Positions 1-12,118 of a stretch of 64,000 nucleotides of DNA are shown here, piece by piece. This stretch comes from Chiloscyllium plagiosum (taxonomy: Eukaryota). The DNA is taken from contig NC_057719.1 in assembly GCF_004010195.1 (NCBI RefSeq), forward strand, positions 59,692,408 to 59,756,407, in the 5' to 3' direction. The notes under the pieces are model-generated. The model was not told where the DNA came from. It searched no databases and saw only the letters and a list, made by a program, of their open reading frames with translations. How positions within the stretch are numbered: the first letter of the stretch is position 1; every line of letters begins with the position of its first letter. Made by a program: the position numbers and the translations under genes.

Positions 1-612
1 CTTCATGTTTCTGAAACTTTGGCATCCATCTGATTTAAGAATATGAACTCAATCTTCATACAGTTGTGCGAGTACTTTAATTTTTGCTTGTGTCCAGAGC
101 AGCCAAATAATGGAAAACTGTGTAAATGTGATCATTGTTAGACGTGGGCTTTTTCAAGTGGAGATTCTTTTTCAAGTAATTGTGAGTCACAATAATAATT
201 TGCATATGTATCTGAATAAGTTATAAAGGGGAAGAAGTGGTTATCAAATAGCTGACTATTATATTTTAGAAACTATGGATTGTAATTTGTAGCCAGCAGA
301 TCGGAGCAATATTTCTGATGATCCTACTTGATTTTTTTAAAAAATTGACTGAGGGAGGGCAGTGGCTGCTTAAGTTTGATTAGCATTGTAGCTGTCTTTG
401 ATTTTGCAAACAAAATGACGGCCACATTTATAAAATGTTCAGGTGTTTAAATGAATCGAAAACTTCGTAAACTTGCTGGTCTTGTACTGAACAAGTGTAA
501 ACCTGGAATGTTGAGAAACAGTCTAGTAGACATGTTTAGCAGTTCTTGATTTCACTGTTCGGAAGTCAGATCCCAGCCGTATGAGCACTTCTGCGTTGAC
601 TGGCTGGTGTAA

Positions 613-633
613 ATGCAGGACGAAGGGAGCAAG
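613..633 (+). other. Candidate 3' end of an upstream SPTSSA exon (ATG CAG GAC GAA GGG AGC AAG|gtaata)
   Basis: Good U2 donor AAG|GTAATA at 633/634 in repeat-free sequence. ATG at 613 follows an in-frame TAA and is phase 0 at the donor. The exon start cannot be determined and there is no transcript evidence. Confidence 0.25.
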
Positions 634-1209
634 GTAATAAAGCAATCAGATTAAACACTTTAAAAATGAGTGCAAATATGTAAAGCTGTTGCTGTAATTA
701 GTTAGATTAATGTCTAAAATCATAGTTTCAATGGTATTTTAGATATTGATGTAGGATCTTATTTAAAAAAAATAACTTTTGTGTTTTACAGGTAAATTAT
801 GACACAGTGGGATTTAAATCCAGATCTTCTGGTGCACTATTCCACAAGAGTCCCTTTGTGATCTGATTTTGTGCTAACTGAGCAACCTTTAATTATATTG
901 CAACAGCTCTAACAAAAATATTCCAATAAATTTTATTATGTATATATGAAAAATAAGCTAGTACCTTTTATGGAGATTTTAGATATGTAGCAATGCTGCA
1001 TTTTGCATAGTGTTCCAACAGCTATGATGTTTTTGTGCATTCATTAAATAATTAAATAGGAAATTGGAGGGATATGGGCAAAACGCAGACAAGTGGGGCT
1101 AGTTTAGTTTGGTTGGCATAATGGGTTGCACCAAAAGGTCTGTTTCTACGCTGTATGGCTGTGACTCTAAGTGCAGGAAATTATAATGAGACAAGAGTAA
1201 CTAGCTCTG

Positions 1210-1500
1210 GCCGGCCCGGTGGCACAGTGGTTAGCGCTGCTGCCTCACAGCACCAGGGTCCCAGGTTCGATTCCAGCCTTGGGCGACCACACTCTGTGGA
1301 GTTTGCACATTCTCCCCGTGTCTGTGTGGGTTTCCTCCCACTCTCCAAAGATGTACAGATCAGGTGAATTGGCCATTCTAAATTGCCTATAGGTTAGGTG
1401 CGCTAGTCAGAGGGAAATGGGTTTGGGTGAGTTACTCTTTGGAGGGTCGGTGTGGACTTGTTGGGCCGAAGGGCCTGTTTCCACACTGTAGGGAATCTAA
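1210..1500 (+). mobile_element. HE1-like V-SINE (tRNA head, V core, CR1/HER1 tail)
   Basis: tRNA-like head (ggtggcacagtggttagc, B box ggttcgattcc), core tgtggagtttgcacattctccccgtgtctg, tail gggcctgtttccacactgtagggaatcta. Confidence 0.85.
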
Positions 1501-1739
1501 TAAATACAAAATTACTAATGGAGCTCTCATAGGTAGAAAATGTTAAATAACAATGGTGTGTGTGATTTACGATTCAAATAATTCTATTAAATCTTTTTTT
1601 TTGATTGAATTCTGTCCCCAGAGCTGAAATTTGAGATATTTTTAGGCACTCTGTCCAGGCATGTTATAACACACCTCTGGGGCAGATGGGCATTGATCCA
1701 GGAGCATACTACTGTCCCATAACAGCTATGTTTTATTGA

Positions 1740-1900
1740 ACCAATAGTTTCATGGTCAACATCACTTGGGCCAGTTTTAAATTCTAGATTTTATTTGTTG
1801 AATTTAAATTTGATCTGCTGCCTTCGTAGGATTTGTCCACAGAGCATTAACTTGAGTTAGAGTATCACTCCAGAGACGTTACCATGAGGCCACTACCTAT
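1740..1900 (-). mobile_element. Degraded SINE 5' half, same family as 20000-20300
   Basis: Reverse complement resembles the first half of the 20000-20300 element. Confidence 0.4.
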
Positions 1901-1921
1901 CCTAGATTTTTTTTAATCAAC

Positions 1922-2010
1922 CTGTCCATGTTATGACACATGTCTGGGTCAAGGGGCGACTTAAACCCAAATATCCTGACTCAGTGGTAGGCATTCCAGT
2001 GAACCTCCTT
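1922..2010 (-). mobile_element. Short tRNA-derived SINE remnant (siblings near 797-855, 1655-1726 and 14733-14998)
   Basis: Recurring gttatgacaca(cc)tctgg...gg(a)ctt(g)aaccca motif; its reverse complement contains a B-box-like GGTTCRA. Confidence 0.45.
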
Positions 2011-2329
2011 GATACCCTTGTTAAAGACTGATACCTAAAATTGGGCATTGTTCTCTAGGTCGGGCTTCACCTGTGACTTTTGGATGTTTAGAATAACTTC
2101 GAACTCTATGCCTCAGTAATAAAGCCATAAGTTCTATTGTGTTTTTTTTAACAACAGCCTTCTCACCTTCAAAGGGTTTGTGCACGTAACGCCACTGGTC
2201 CTGTGCCACCCCCACGTAAAGTTGTGATATTTATTTTGACATTGCTCCTCATTTTTCTTCCATGTCTCTTTTAAATTTAATCACTTTGTGATCACTCACT
2301 TCATCTGTCTGCTGTCTCAAGCCTGTTTA

Positions 2330-2515
2330 TATTTTATTTGCTTGTCGGACTTGGGCACTGTTGGGTGACCAGTGAAGGTGTTGGTGAGCTGCTTTCTTAA
2401 ACCACTATAGTCCACATGCTGTAGATTGACCCACAATGCCCTTGGGGAGTGACCTCCAGGATTTTGACACAGCGACAGTGAAGGAATGGCAATACGTTTC
2501 CAAGTCATCCTTGTT
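2330..2515 (-). mobile_element. 3' end of CR1/L2-group LINE family X
   Basis: Reverse complement matches the 3' ends of copies at 48915-49465 and 60530-61055. Confidence 0.7.
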
Positions 2516-2749
2516 GTTTACTGCACTTTTGAATTTTATGCCATCTGCAGACTTTAAAATTATTACCTGCATATTCAAGTCCAGATAGTTAATTCATGTC
2601 AAACAGAGCAGAGGTTTGAACACTGACCCTTCGGTAACACCACTGTATACTTAAATCCAGTTTGAAAAAACAACTGTTCGCCATTGTTTTCTTTTTTTTG
2701 CATTGTCTACACCTAAGACATTAGAACTGAAATGATACTTTGTTAGTAG

Positions 2750-3460
2750 GAGGAATATAGACAGACAATATAGGATACAATACTTAAGAGGGTGTAGAGG
2801 GAGCAGAGGTACCCAGATATATATACTCCTAGATTACCAAAGACAGGAAATAATGCATTCTGCATCCTGGGCTTTATTAATGGGGGCATAAAGTACATGA
2901 GCAATGAGGTTATACTGAACTTATTCAAGACATTGGTTAGACCTCAGCTAGAGTTCTATACTGTATAGAGTTCTGGCACCACATTATAAGAAGAATGTGA
3001 ACACCTAGGAGAGGGTGATATCAAGAATGGTTCCAGGGATGAGAAACTTTAGTTATGAAGCTAGGTTGGAGAGGTTGCAACTGTTCTCTTGAGAGAATAC
3101 AGCTAAGTGAAAATCTGGATAGTAGTTTTCAAAATCATGAGATGTCTGGATAAAGTAGATAGGGAGAACTATTCCCACTTGTAAAAGGATTGCAAACGAG
3201 AGAGCACAGGTTTTAAAGTGATTACAGACTTAACAAATGTGATGTGAGAAAAAAACTTTCTCTCTCAATGGTTTGCATTTGGATTGTTGTGTCTGGAGCA
3301 GAGTGACTTAGAGCTTTCCAGAAAACCCTGGATGCTTATTTGAATAGAACCGATGTGGAAGGCTGTAGAGAAAAGACATGTGAATAACAAAGTTATAATG
3401 CTCCTTGGATAGCCAGTGAAGATACATGGGCTGAATGGCCTTGCCCAATAATGCTTTGAT
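2750..3460 (+). mobile_element. Degraded CR1 LINE ORF2 3' region and tail
   Basis: Remnant LNLFKTLVRPQLE and WHHII motifs, tail gggctgaatggcct. Confidence 0.7.
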
Positions 3461-3499
3461 GAATAGAATTTAAACAAATCATGTTGGGAGAGTTCAGAT

Positions 3500-3708
3500 A
3501 AATGGCCCTTTAGACAGTTAAAGAGAAATAGTGTGGGTACAGTCACAATGTTTTAAGAGATTTAGATAAGTGCATGAACAGGAAAGATTTGCAGGGATAT
3601 GGGCCAGGAGCAGGCAGGTGGGATGAGTTTAGTTTGGGATTATGTTCGGCATGAACTGGTTGGAGTGAAGGGTCTGTTTCCGTGCTGTATGATTCTATGA
3701 CTCTATGT
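3500..3708 (+). mobile_element. CR1/HER1 3' tail fragment
   Basis: Ends gggtctgtttccgtgctgtatgattctatgactctatg, the CR1 octamer tail. Confidence 0.75.
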
Positions 3709-3779
3709 AGCAAGTGGAACAGGAAGGGACAGAAAACTTGACCGCAAATGAGGTCAATGCAAATAATAGTTTACAAAAA

Positions 3780-5590
3780 AATTAAAGGCTATTGATCTGA
3801 ACACACAAAGTATTTATTATATGGATGAGCTAGTAGCACAATCAGAGATCAATGCTTAGATGTATTCACCATTATAGAGGCATAGTTACAAAATAACCAA
3901 GGTTGGAAAATAGTTTAGTTGATAAATTAAGTGATATTCACATCACAAGTGTCAGACAATAACCATGTCCATCAAGAGAGAATCTAACCATTGCACCTTG
4001 ACATTCAGTGGCATTATTTTGAATCTCTCAATATCAGCGTCCCCAGGGGCTACCATTGACCAGAAAATGACCTGAACTAGCCATGTAAAGTGTGGCTATA
4101 AGAGCAGGACAGAGGCTAGGTATATTATGACATTTAACTCATCTGACTCCCCAACGCCTGCCACCATCTACAAGTTACAAGTCAGAAGTGTAATGGAATA
4201 CTCCCCATTTGCCTGGATAAGTGCAGTTGCAACAGTGCTAAAGAAGCTTGACCCCATACAGAATAAAATAGGGTGCTTGATTGACATACCTATCCCCAAG
4301 CATTCACTTTTTCCACCACTGACCTACAGTAACAGCAGCATATACCATTTATAAGATGTGCTGTAGGAATTCATCAAGGTTCCTTAGATAGCTCTTTCTA
4401 AACCCGACTACTTCCGTCTGAAGGACAAAGGCCGTAAATGCGTGGAAAGACCACCACTTGCAAGTTCTCCTCCAAGTCTGGTACCATCCTGACTTGGAAA
4501 TATGTCACTGTTTCTTCAATGTCACTTAATCAAAGTCCTGGTGCTTCCTTCCTAATGGCATTTTGTGTCTTCCTGCACCAAATGGACTGTAGTTCAAGGA
4601 GGAAGCTCACTACCCCATTCTCAAGGACAATCAGGGATGGACTATAAATGCTGGCTCAGTCAGTGATGACCACATCGCATGAATGAGTTTTGAAAAGACA
4701 AAATTGAAAAGGAGGAGAAGTCATTCTGATGAATGCCAGAAACACAGTAGGAAGAGTGCTTGCTCAAATGGCCAGGAAGTAAAATCAGTATGGATGTGGA
4801 TTAGTTAAATCAAGGGTCATAAAGCATTTGTGGAAAATTATTTTAGGGTCCCTAATTGTTGTATCTTGTTTAGAACCTTGGACAAGAAATGATTTGGAGC
4901 CTATAATGAAGGCAAGATAATAATTCTGTAGAATGGGATAAAATTGACAGAAGTAGACTGGAAATGAATTTCTAGAATACTTTCATGACAGTTGCATGGA
5001 ACAAAAAAAAGTGAAACTTAATAGGGATAAAGTTATTTTAGATCTAGTTGTGCGGAATGAAGTGTCATGCAAAAGGTAAATGTGCAAGATAAAGGTTTAT
5101 AATGTTCAGAGTAACATCTTGGCATTGTTAAAGGATTGCTCAATGGATAAAAAACAGGGAGTAAGGATAAATGGGGCATTTTCAAGTTGATATGCTGTGA
5201 CTAGTCAAGTGGTGCTAGGATCGGTGCTGGGGCTTCACCCACTTACAATCTACATTCATGATTTACACAGACAGGTTCAGATTTGCTAATGATGCAAAAC
5301 TGATGCAAATGTAAGCTGAGGAGGACACAGAGGCTGCGATGATATGGAGAGGTTATGTTAATGGGGGAACAAGATGGTTCATGCCATATAATTTGGGGAA
5401 TTACTCACTTTGGTCCAAAGAATACAAAGCTGATTTTTTGTTGTAAAAGGCACAAACCTTGTAAATGTTGATATTCACAGGTCTCAAGATGCACTTGTTC
5501 AGTGCAACACCAAATTTTATACAGACACAACAAACAATTAGGAAACTGACGGTACGTTAGCCTTTATTTGTATGGGGATTGGAATGCAAG
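3780..5590 (+). mobile_element. Old CR1 ORF2 remnant (endonuclease to RT), interrupted by a family X fragment
   Basis: Remnants of NARSI-like, GSVLG(P) and FANDAK motifs with many stops. Confidence 0.55.
3915..4700 (+). mobile_element. CR1/L2-group LINE family X, 3' fragment
   Basis: IYKLQVRSVMEYSPFAW...KKLDPIQ, 3' end ataaatgctggc...catgaatga. Confidence 0.75.
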
Positions 5591-6170
5591 AAGGAAGAAC
5601 TGCCTTCCCCACCCAGAGTACATTCTGCACTGTTGCCATCCTCAGTGCTTCCTCAGTGTTATTCAGCATGGAGAAATACCAATTCACCGGTTGAGAGAGG
5701 ATGGTCCATAGTAATCAGCAGGAGGTTTCCTTGCCAATGTTCAGCTGATGCCCTGAGACTTCGAGGGGTCTGGAGTCAATGTTGAGGACTCCCATGCTGA
5801 CTCCTAGGACACCCTCTCCCTGACTATATACTCCTTTGGCACTGCCTTACTGGATCTGTCCTGCTCTTGGGATAGAACATTGGTGAAGATGGTATCTGGG
5901 ACATTGTCTGTAAGGTGTAATTCTGTGAGTATGACTGTCAGACTTATTGCTTGCCTTAGTCTGTGAGACAGTGCTCTCAATTTTGGCAGTAGCTTCCAGA
6001 TGGTAGTAAGAAAGACTTTGACAGAGTTGTTGTTCTTGTGCCTAAGTTGATGCCAGGTGGTCTGTCCAGTTTTGTTTGAGACTTTGTCATGAATGATACA
6101 ACTGAGTGATTTGTCTGACCATTTCAGAGGACAGTTGAGAGTCACCGCACTGCCATTAAGACCACATCAG
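5590..6170 (-). mobile_element. LINE AP-endonuclease N-terminal remnant (probably family X)
   Basis: ORF 5804-6145 reads LPKLRALSHRL...VILTELHLTDNVPDT...QDR, which fits the start of an APE domain. Confidence 0.6.
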
Positions 6171-6289
6171 ATTAGCCAAGAATGGTGAATGGCAGCGTAG
6201 GCTTGAGGAATCTTATGACCTTTTCCTGCTTCTATTTCAATGATATCCATTATCACTTTATCCTAATCTGCATTTGTCACTGGAGCTTA

Positions 6290-6614
6290 GATATCTATTA
6301 TCAATATCTCCAAAAACTGGAAAGAACTAAAAAATGAAAGTCTTTTTAGGATTGGACCTGCGACACAGAGTTTTGGCCTTTAGCAAAGTTTTGTTGTTTC
6401 CCACAAGGCCGAACTCAGCATGTTTACAGGTCCATTTGAAAACTTTGGAAAAGCAGCTTTGCTTTTTGGTCCATTCAGATTCAGCAGATTTTTTTTCCTC
6501 AAAGGCCTCAACAGATCCAAATGAACTTTTGTGAACCCGAAAACCAGGGGAAAAAAACCCTATAACTGAAAACCAGTTGGGCATGAGTTTTTCAGATAAA
6601 GAATTCCTGACCTG
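6290..6614. mobile_element. Degraded Tigger-like MITE related to 13340-13679
   Basis: Right end reverse complement CAGGTCAGGAATTCTTTATCTGAA versus the 13340 TIR CAGGTACACAATTCTTTATCTGAA; left TIR is eroded. Confidence 0.45.
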
Positions 6615-7039
6615 AACCACGTAATTTATTGCGACATTGGTAGTGTTCTCTTTAATGAAAATAGATACAAAGTGTTCAATGCCTGAACAAGCTTGTGCTT
6701 CCACCAAATCACCTTTTTAGCTCCAAATCCATGTCATCCTTTTTTATTGCTGCTTCTTTTACTAATTATATGTTTGGGTTCCTTGTTAGATTAACATTAA
6801 ACAACTCTCGTTTTCTCTTTGTATTCTCTTATTTGTATTTTTTTGGTTAATGTGCTTTCCATATTCAATTTTGTTGCCTATTTTAAATGTTTGTATGAAG
6901 CTTACTTTTGTTAAAAGTCTCTTTCAAGTTTCATTTTAATTTCTTGCCTGTGACCATCCAGGGAGTTCCAGCTTTCAATGCCCGTCCTTTTCCTGCTGTG
7001 CAGCATTAGAGTAGGAAAAGTTTGCAGAATGTGACTGTG

Positions 7040-7460
7040 CATACGCAAGAATCCAAGTTGGGACGTAACTATCCACACTATTTATTAATGGATTAGAAAA
7101 CTGGATATAAAGTCATAAATCCAAATTTGCTGATGGCACTGAGATGGGTGACATTGTAAGCAATATATATGGAGTCATAAAATTATGGGATTATTATAAT
7201 TTGTGAATGTTCCTTTAAATTATTGGCAAGTCGAAGTGTATTTTGGATAGGAAAGAATAAGTCAATTAGTTTAAGCAGTGAAAATCTAGAAACAGTGTCT
7301 ATGGAGACTTGGTTCGTGAGTTAATACAGAAGAAAATACTAAAATATGCTAATGGTTACTGGATTTTCTGTCTAGAGGATCTTTTTACATGCTGTTGGAA
7401 GTCATGCTACCACAGTACAAAAGCCCTGGTTGAGTGCGCCTGCAGGACCTTGAGCAGTTC
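7040..7460 (+). mobile_element. Old CR1 RT remnant
   Basis: SKFADGTEMG remnant and downstream YKALV-like motif. Confidence 0.5.
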
Positions 7461-9044
7461 TGTGCATCATGCTCCTAGCCAATTTCCAAATCAAGTCAAT
7501 AATTTCTCCTCAATTCCACAAGCTTCAATTTTAGCTAAAAGTGTCAGTATCAATTACAGCACAGGAGGAGGCCATTTGGTCCATCATGGCTCTCCATGGG
7601 ACAATCTAATTAGTTTCACTGTGCTTTTCCCCATAGCCATGCATGTTGATTCCAGACAAATGCCTGTTCAATTTCCTTTAGAAATTGATCAATATTTCTG
7701 CACCATCAGATGTAGTAAGTTCTGAGTTCTTATTTGAGGGAAGAGATATAAGAGGAATATTAAGTGTGTCCCTTAGTCCTTATACGATCAGCTAAGGAGA
7801 ACATTATTTCCTAGTTTGCATTATGCACGTCTGCCAGAGTCTTGTACATATCTATTAAACCTTTGTTCCAAGGTGGAAAATCCTAACTTTTCTAAACTAT
7901 TTTATATGGGACTTTTTAAATGTTATCTGACAGTCTATATAAATAATATGCAGCCATTCCATATTTCCATGTCCACTACTTCAGTTATCTTTCCAAAATA
8001 TTCAATCAGGCTCATCAGTCATAACCTATGTCCATTGTCTCTTTGGATTTGAAACATTTCCTCAGTCCTCCCATTGTTTAATTACTATTTTGATCCCAAT
8101 TAAACTGACCTGGATCCTTTCTCAACTCAATGATTTAGGTCCACCAGTTAAATGTTTTTGTGCTTTTTCTTCCCTTGTCCTTTTGCATAACCATTCTAAA
8201 CTTGGCCTATTGCTTGACAAATTTTTCTAAAATAGTTTTTGCCTGGCTATACAATGCACTACTGGCATAAGTGTAAACTACCTATACAAAAAACTTAGTT
8301 TGAATTTGTTTCCTTTAAAATAGTTTCTCCACAGAATTATTTTTGAAACATAATGTCCATTTAAAGCCATCTTCATCTGAACCAAAGGGGATATCCTGAA
8401 TAAGAGCCTTCTGCAGTGAACTCTACCAGTGCTTCTATTCATTTCATTTTGTGGTATGTTTTGTTTTTCGCATTTCTCAACCTGGGAGGATATTAATTAT
8501 TAATTTCCTAGATGTGAGAATCTTGAATAATGTGGCTGGAATGTAAATGAATATAAATTAGACTTTATAATGTCACAACCACTGAAAGCATGTCCACAAA
8601 GTGGTTGATGAAATGTGAACTTTTTTTTTGTTTCAATTTAAAGCTAAAAGCAAAGCTGTAGTCTTAAACAGGTAATAATTAGCAGATGCAACTATTGCCG
8701 AAAGTTATTAAGCAGTGTCAGTTATCAAAAACACAAGTATAAAGCTTAACAGTGTGGATAAAGGTGAAAGTAAGATAAGTCTGTTTTCGTTGCAGGGTTT
8801 TTACTTGCTTGAAGATTTTTCTTTCCGAAGTGACAGGGTTGCAAGTTTGAAGTCAGAATTCAGCAGCTGCAATGGTGTTTTTTCAGTCAAGTAGTTGGAG
8901 GTTTCTTCTACAGGTGAACTGAGCAGAACAGAACAGATTCTGAGAGATGGTGAAACTCCTTTACTTTGCTTTTACAGTATAGAATTTGTAACCTTTGAGA
9001 GTCCGCTTCAATACAGCAATTCTTTATATCCCTTATTCACTATG

Positions 9045-9635
9045 TCAGACTCAGTGGTTATCACTGCTGTCTCAAAATGCCAGGGACCCGGGTTTGATTC
9101 CACCCTTGGGGGACTGTCTGTGTGGAGTTTGCATTTCTCCTTGTCTTTGCGTGTTTCCTCTGGGTGCCCCCGTTTCCCCTCTGTGTAGGTTTAGGGTGGG
9201 AGGGAAAAGATGTAAAAGAGATCTAAGGAACAACTTTTTCCACAGAGGATGGTACGTGTATGGAATAAGCTGTCAGAGGAAGCGGTGGAGGCTGGTACAA
9301 TTGCAACATTGAAGAGGCATTTGGATGGGTATATGAATAGGAAGGGTTTGAAGGGATACGGGTTGGGTGCTGGCAGGTGGGACTAGATTGGGTTGGTATA
9401 TCTGGTTGGCATGGACAGGTTGGACCGAAGGGTCTGTTTCCATGCTGTTCATCTCTGTCTCTATGTGCACGTTAGGTGGATTTGCTATGCTCAATTGTGC
9501 TGTAGTGTCCAGGGATCTGCAGGTTAGGTGGGTTAGTCATGGGAAATGCAGGGTGGGTCTGGGTGGATTCTCTTCAGAGGATCTTTGTGGACTCTGTGGG
9601 TCAAATGGCCTGTTTCTATTCTGTTCCATTCTCTA
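9045..9635 (+). mobile_element. HE1-like V-SINE interrupted by a CR1 3' fragment
   Basis: Head ctcagtggttatcactgctgtctca, V core, resumes at atgtgcacgttaggtgg near 9462, CR1-type tail. Confidence 0.8.
9186..9463 (+). mobile_element. CR1/HER1 3' fragment nested in HE1
   Basis: RFRVGGKRCKRDLRNNFF; near-identical to the reverse complement of the tails at 21592 and 25273. Confidence 0.8.
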
Positions 9636-9997
9636 GCTGTTACCTTTCTCCTTCTACCTCTGGTGACTCTCAGCTGCACTTGGAGTTCTGTCAAAATGAT
9701 GTCTCATAGCATGTTTTATACAGATCAAAACCTAAGATGGCTACCTTGTTAACTTTGAATAGTTGTTCCACAAAGCAGTCAATTATGCTGTAATTTCCTG
9801 TTCTCTCAGATGCATTTAATTCCCTCATCCTTAGAAGGACCTATTGTTCCCCAGGGGGTAATTAGATTTTAAATGTCCGTGTTCATTGATACTGCAATAG
9901 CACTCTGCCTGTGTTTTTTTTGGCTGCAGTTAATCAATAAGGACAGTGATGTGGCTAATGGGAGCCTCTTTGTAGGATTCTGTGTTCATTTTTACAG

Positions 9998-10131
9998 ATT
10001 AGTCACCTTTACAAAATATCATACAAAGTACACAGTCATGACAATAGCTTAAGCTCCCCTTTGGTTGTTAGAATAAAGCAAGGAAGCACATTGCAGAGCT
10101 ATTGGATGATCCCAACTGTGTCTGGCTCAGG
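9998..10131 (+). other. Candidate upstream SPTSSA exon (134 nt)
   Basis: Strong acceptor ttcatttttacag| and consensus donor |gtaagt in unique sequence. Open in frame 0 along its length and joins in frame to the exon starting at 18594. Confidence 0.45.
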
Positions 10132-10379
10132 GTAAGTACGTATGAAATGTTGCAATGTACTCTTCAAAGAAACCTCGCCATTTGGATGGAAACTTGCAGC
10201 TGTAGTAAAAAATGTGTTGCCTGGAAATGACAAATGCATTTAACAGTGAAAGCCCATGTATTTAGCACCGTGTTCTGGAAATATTTGCACAATCTCTTCC
10301 AGGTTTATCACTGATCTTTATTGTCATTTAGACTCTTTGGCCTACCTCTGTATACAGTGACTTTGCTGTGCAGATGGAT

Positions 10380-11090
10380 AGAAAGCATGAAATTATTGCT
10401 GTGGTCCCTTCTATTAAAGATTTTTTACTATGCTATTGCCCACATTCTGACAGGCAATTACTATCTCCAGCAGGAGTAAAGGTCTACTCATCACAATGTT
10501 TGATTAAATTACCATAGCTGAAGCCTTCACTTAAATATCTTGAGGTTTACCATTGACTAGAAACTGAACTGGACCAACCATATATTTATATATACTGTCA
10601 TCTAACCATAAATAAATATATAAAAGACTGGCCTGGATGTTGCAGCTTCAACAACAGTCAAGCTTTGCAATATCCAGAAAAAAAGCAACCCAAAGAAGAC
10701 CCTCTCCACATCTTTTAGCATTTGCTGTCGCCATCACCTATGTGGTAGCAGTGTCCACCTTTTACAAGATGCACTGTATTATTTACCAAGGTGCCTCCAA
10801 CAATGTTTTTTAAATTTATGATCACTACCACCTAGATGATCAAGGATAGCAGTTATGTCGAAGTGCCCTCGCCTGCAAATTTCTCTGCTCGCCGTTCTGA
10901 CTTAGAACTATATCACTGTTCCTTGACTGTCACTAGGTCAAAATTCTGGAACTTTTTTTCCTAACAGCATTTAGGCATTCCTTAGCACTAAAGACTGCAA
11001 CTCCACCACTGTTCTCCAGGGCAGTTCGTGATATATAATGAATGTTGACATAGTCAGTGGCATCCACATCTTATGAATGAATTAAAAACA
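10380..11090 (+). mobile_element. Degraded LINE family X 3' fragment
   Basis: tacaagatgcactg, gttccttgactgtcactaggtcaaaattctgg, end cacatcttatgaatgaattaaaaa. Confidence 0.65.
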
Positions 11091-11924
11091 GTTTCTTCTG
11101 TGAGAACTGACTTGATTCAACATATAGGGAAGTGGGAGTGCACTACTGTGCTTTCCTACTTGGTTTGTCACTATTCTGCCAAAAAAAAGATTGGGAGTGA
11201 TAAATCTGGCCTATTGACTTGATATTATTATCTGTGGAAAAAGTACAACTACCTTTGCGTGCAAAAAATAAATAATTTTCAAATTATAGCAGATAAAGCA
11301 ATGAAGTGTCTTAATATCTATTTCTAAGTAATATAACCCATAGAATTGTGAAGAAAATTCATTGCTCTGAAATTTTGCACAAGTATACATTTTACAGGCT
11401 GAATTGCAAACTACTTGAGACTCAAAGAAGACCTTATCCATTGAAGCAGAAGTGAATGTGTAAAGAAATTGCAAGTTTTAATTACCATGAGAAAAACATC
11501 GCCGGCAGTGAAAATTTACTGTTATAAATATCATTCCTTCAGATTGTAATTGTTGTTGGAGATTTAATTTGTTTTCTTTAGTCTGTCTCAATTCATCTAT
11601 CTTTCTTTATATTTCATTTCTGCACCTAATTTTGCATGAACTGTTCCACCTTGCACTTCCTGGTTCACTCTGCATGCCTCAGAAGATTCATCAATCAGAT
11701 TTGGTTGAGGAGACACAACGTTCCTTACCTTGTTTACACATGTCCCTGCACTGGATGCTGGCTATGCTGTTTTGGCTCTCAAATTACCCTAAGTTCTGGT
11801 GAAAATATCCACAGAAAATGTAAGTGTCATGAATGAGGAGCACCATTCATTTGTTAATTTGTAAATTCTGGGCCAATAATTAGTTGTAATGACTTTGTAT
11901 TGTAATGACTTGCAAAATAGTATG

Positions 11925-12075
11925 GAAACAAGAAACTTCAAGTCAAAACAAAAACACAAATTTCTGAAAATTCTCTGCAGGTCAGACAGCATGCGTGGCA
12001 AGAATCAGAGTTAACATTTTGAACCAAGATGAACTTTTATCAGGACTGATATTCTCCACAACAATATGTTGCTTG
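11925..12075. mobile_element. Old Penelope pLTR-derived short element
   Basis: gcaggtcagacagcat...ttatcagga resembles the younger fold-back family A arm. Confidence 0.4.
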
Positions 12076-12118
12076 ACTTATCTCTCATCTTTCATCTCTC
12101 TCACTTTCTACTTTTCTT

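Noticed and set aside
1210..1290. tRNA gene
   Set aside because: It is the tRNA-derived head of an HE1-like SINE; no full cloverleaf and it continues into the SINE core.
8796..8894. Acceptor ttttcgttgcag followed by a short open frame
   Set aside because: Ends in a stop, no recognisable product, no convincing donor pairing.
11729..11795. Minus-strand exon-like segment (ttttcaccag|...aag|gtaagg)
   Set aside because: Stops in all three frames and no partner exons; a non-coding antisense exon cannot be supported.
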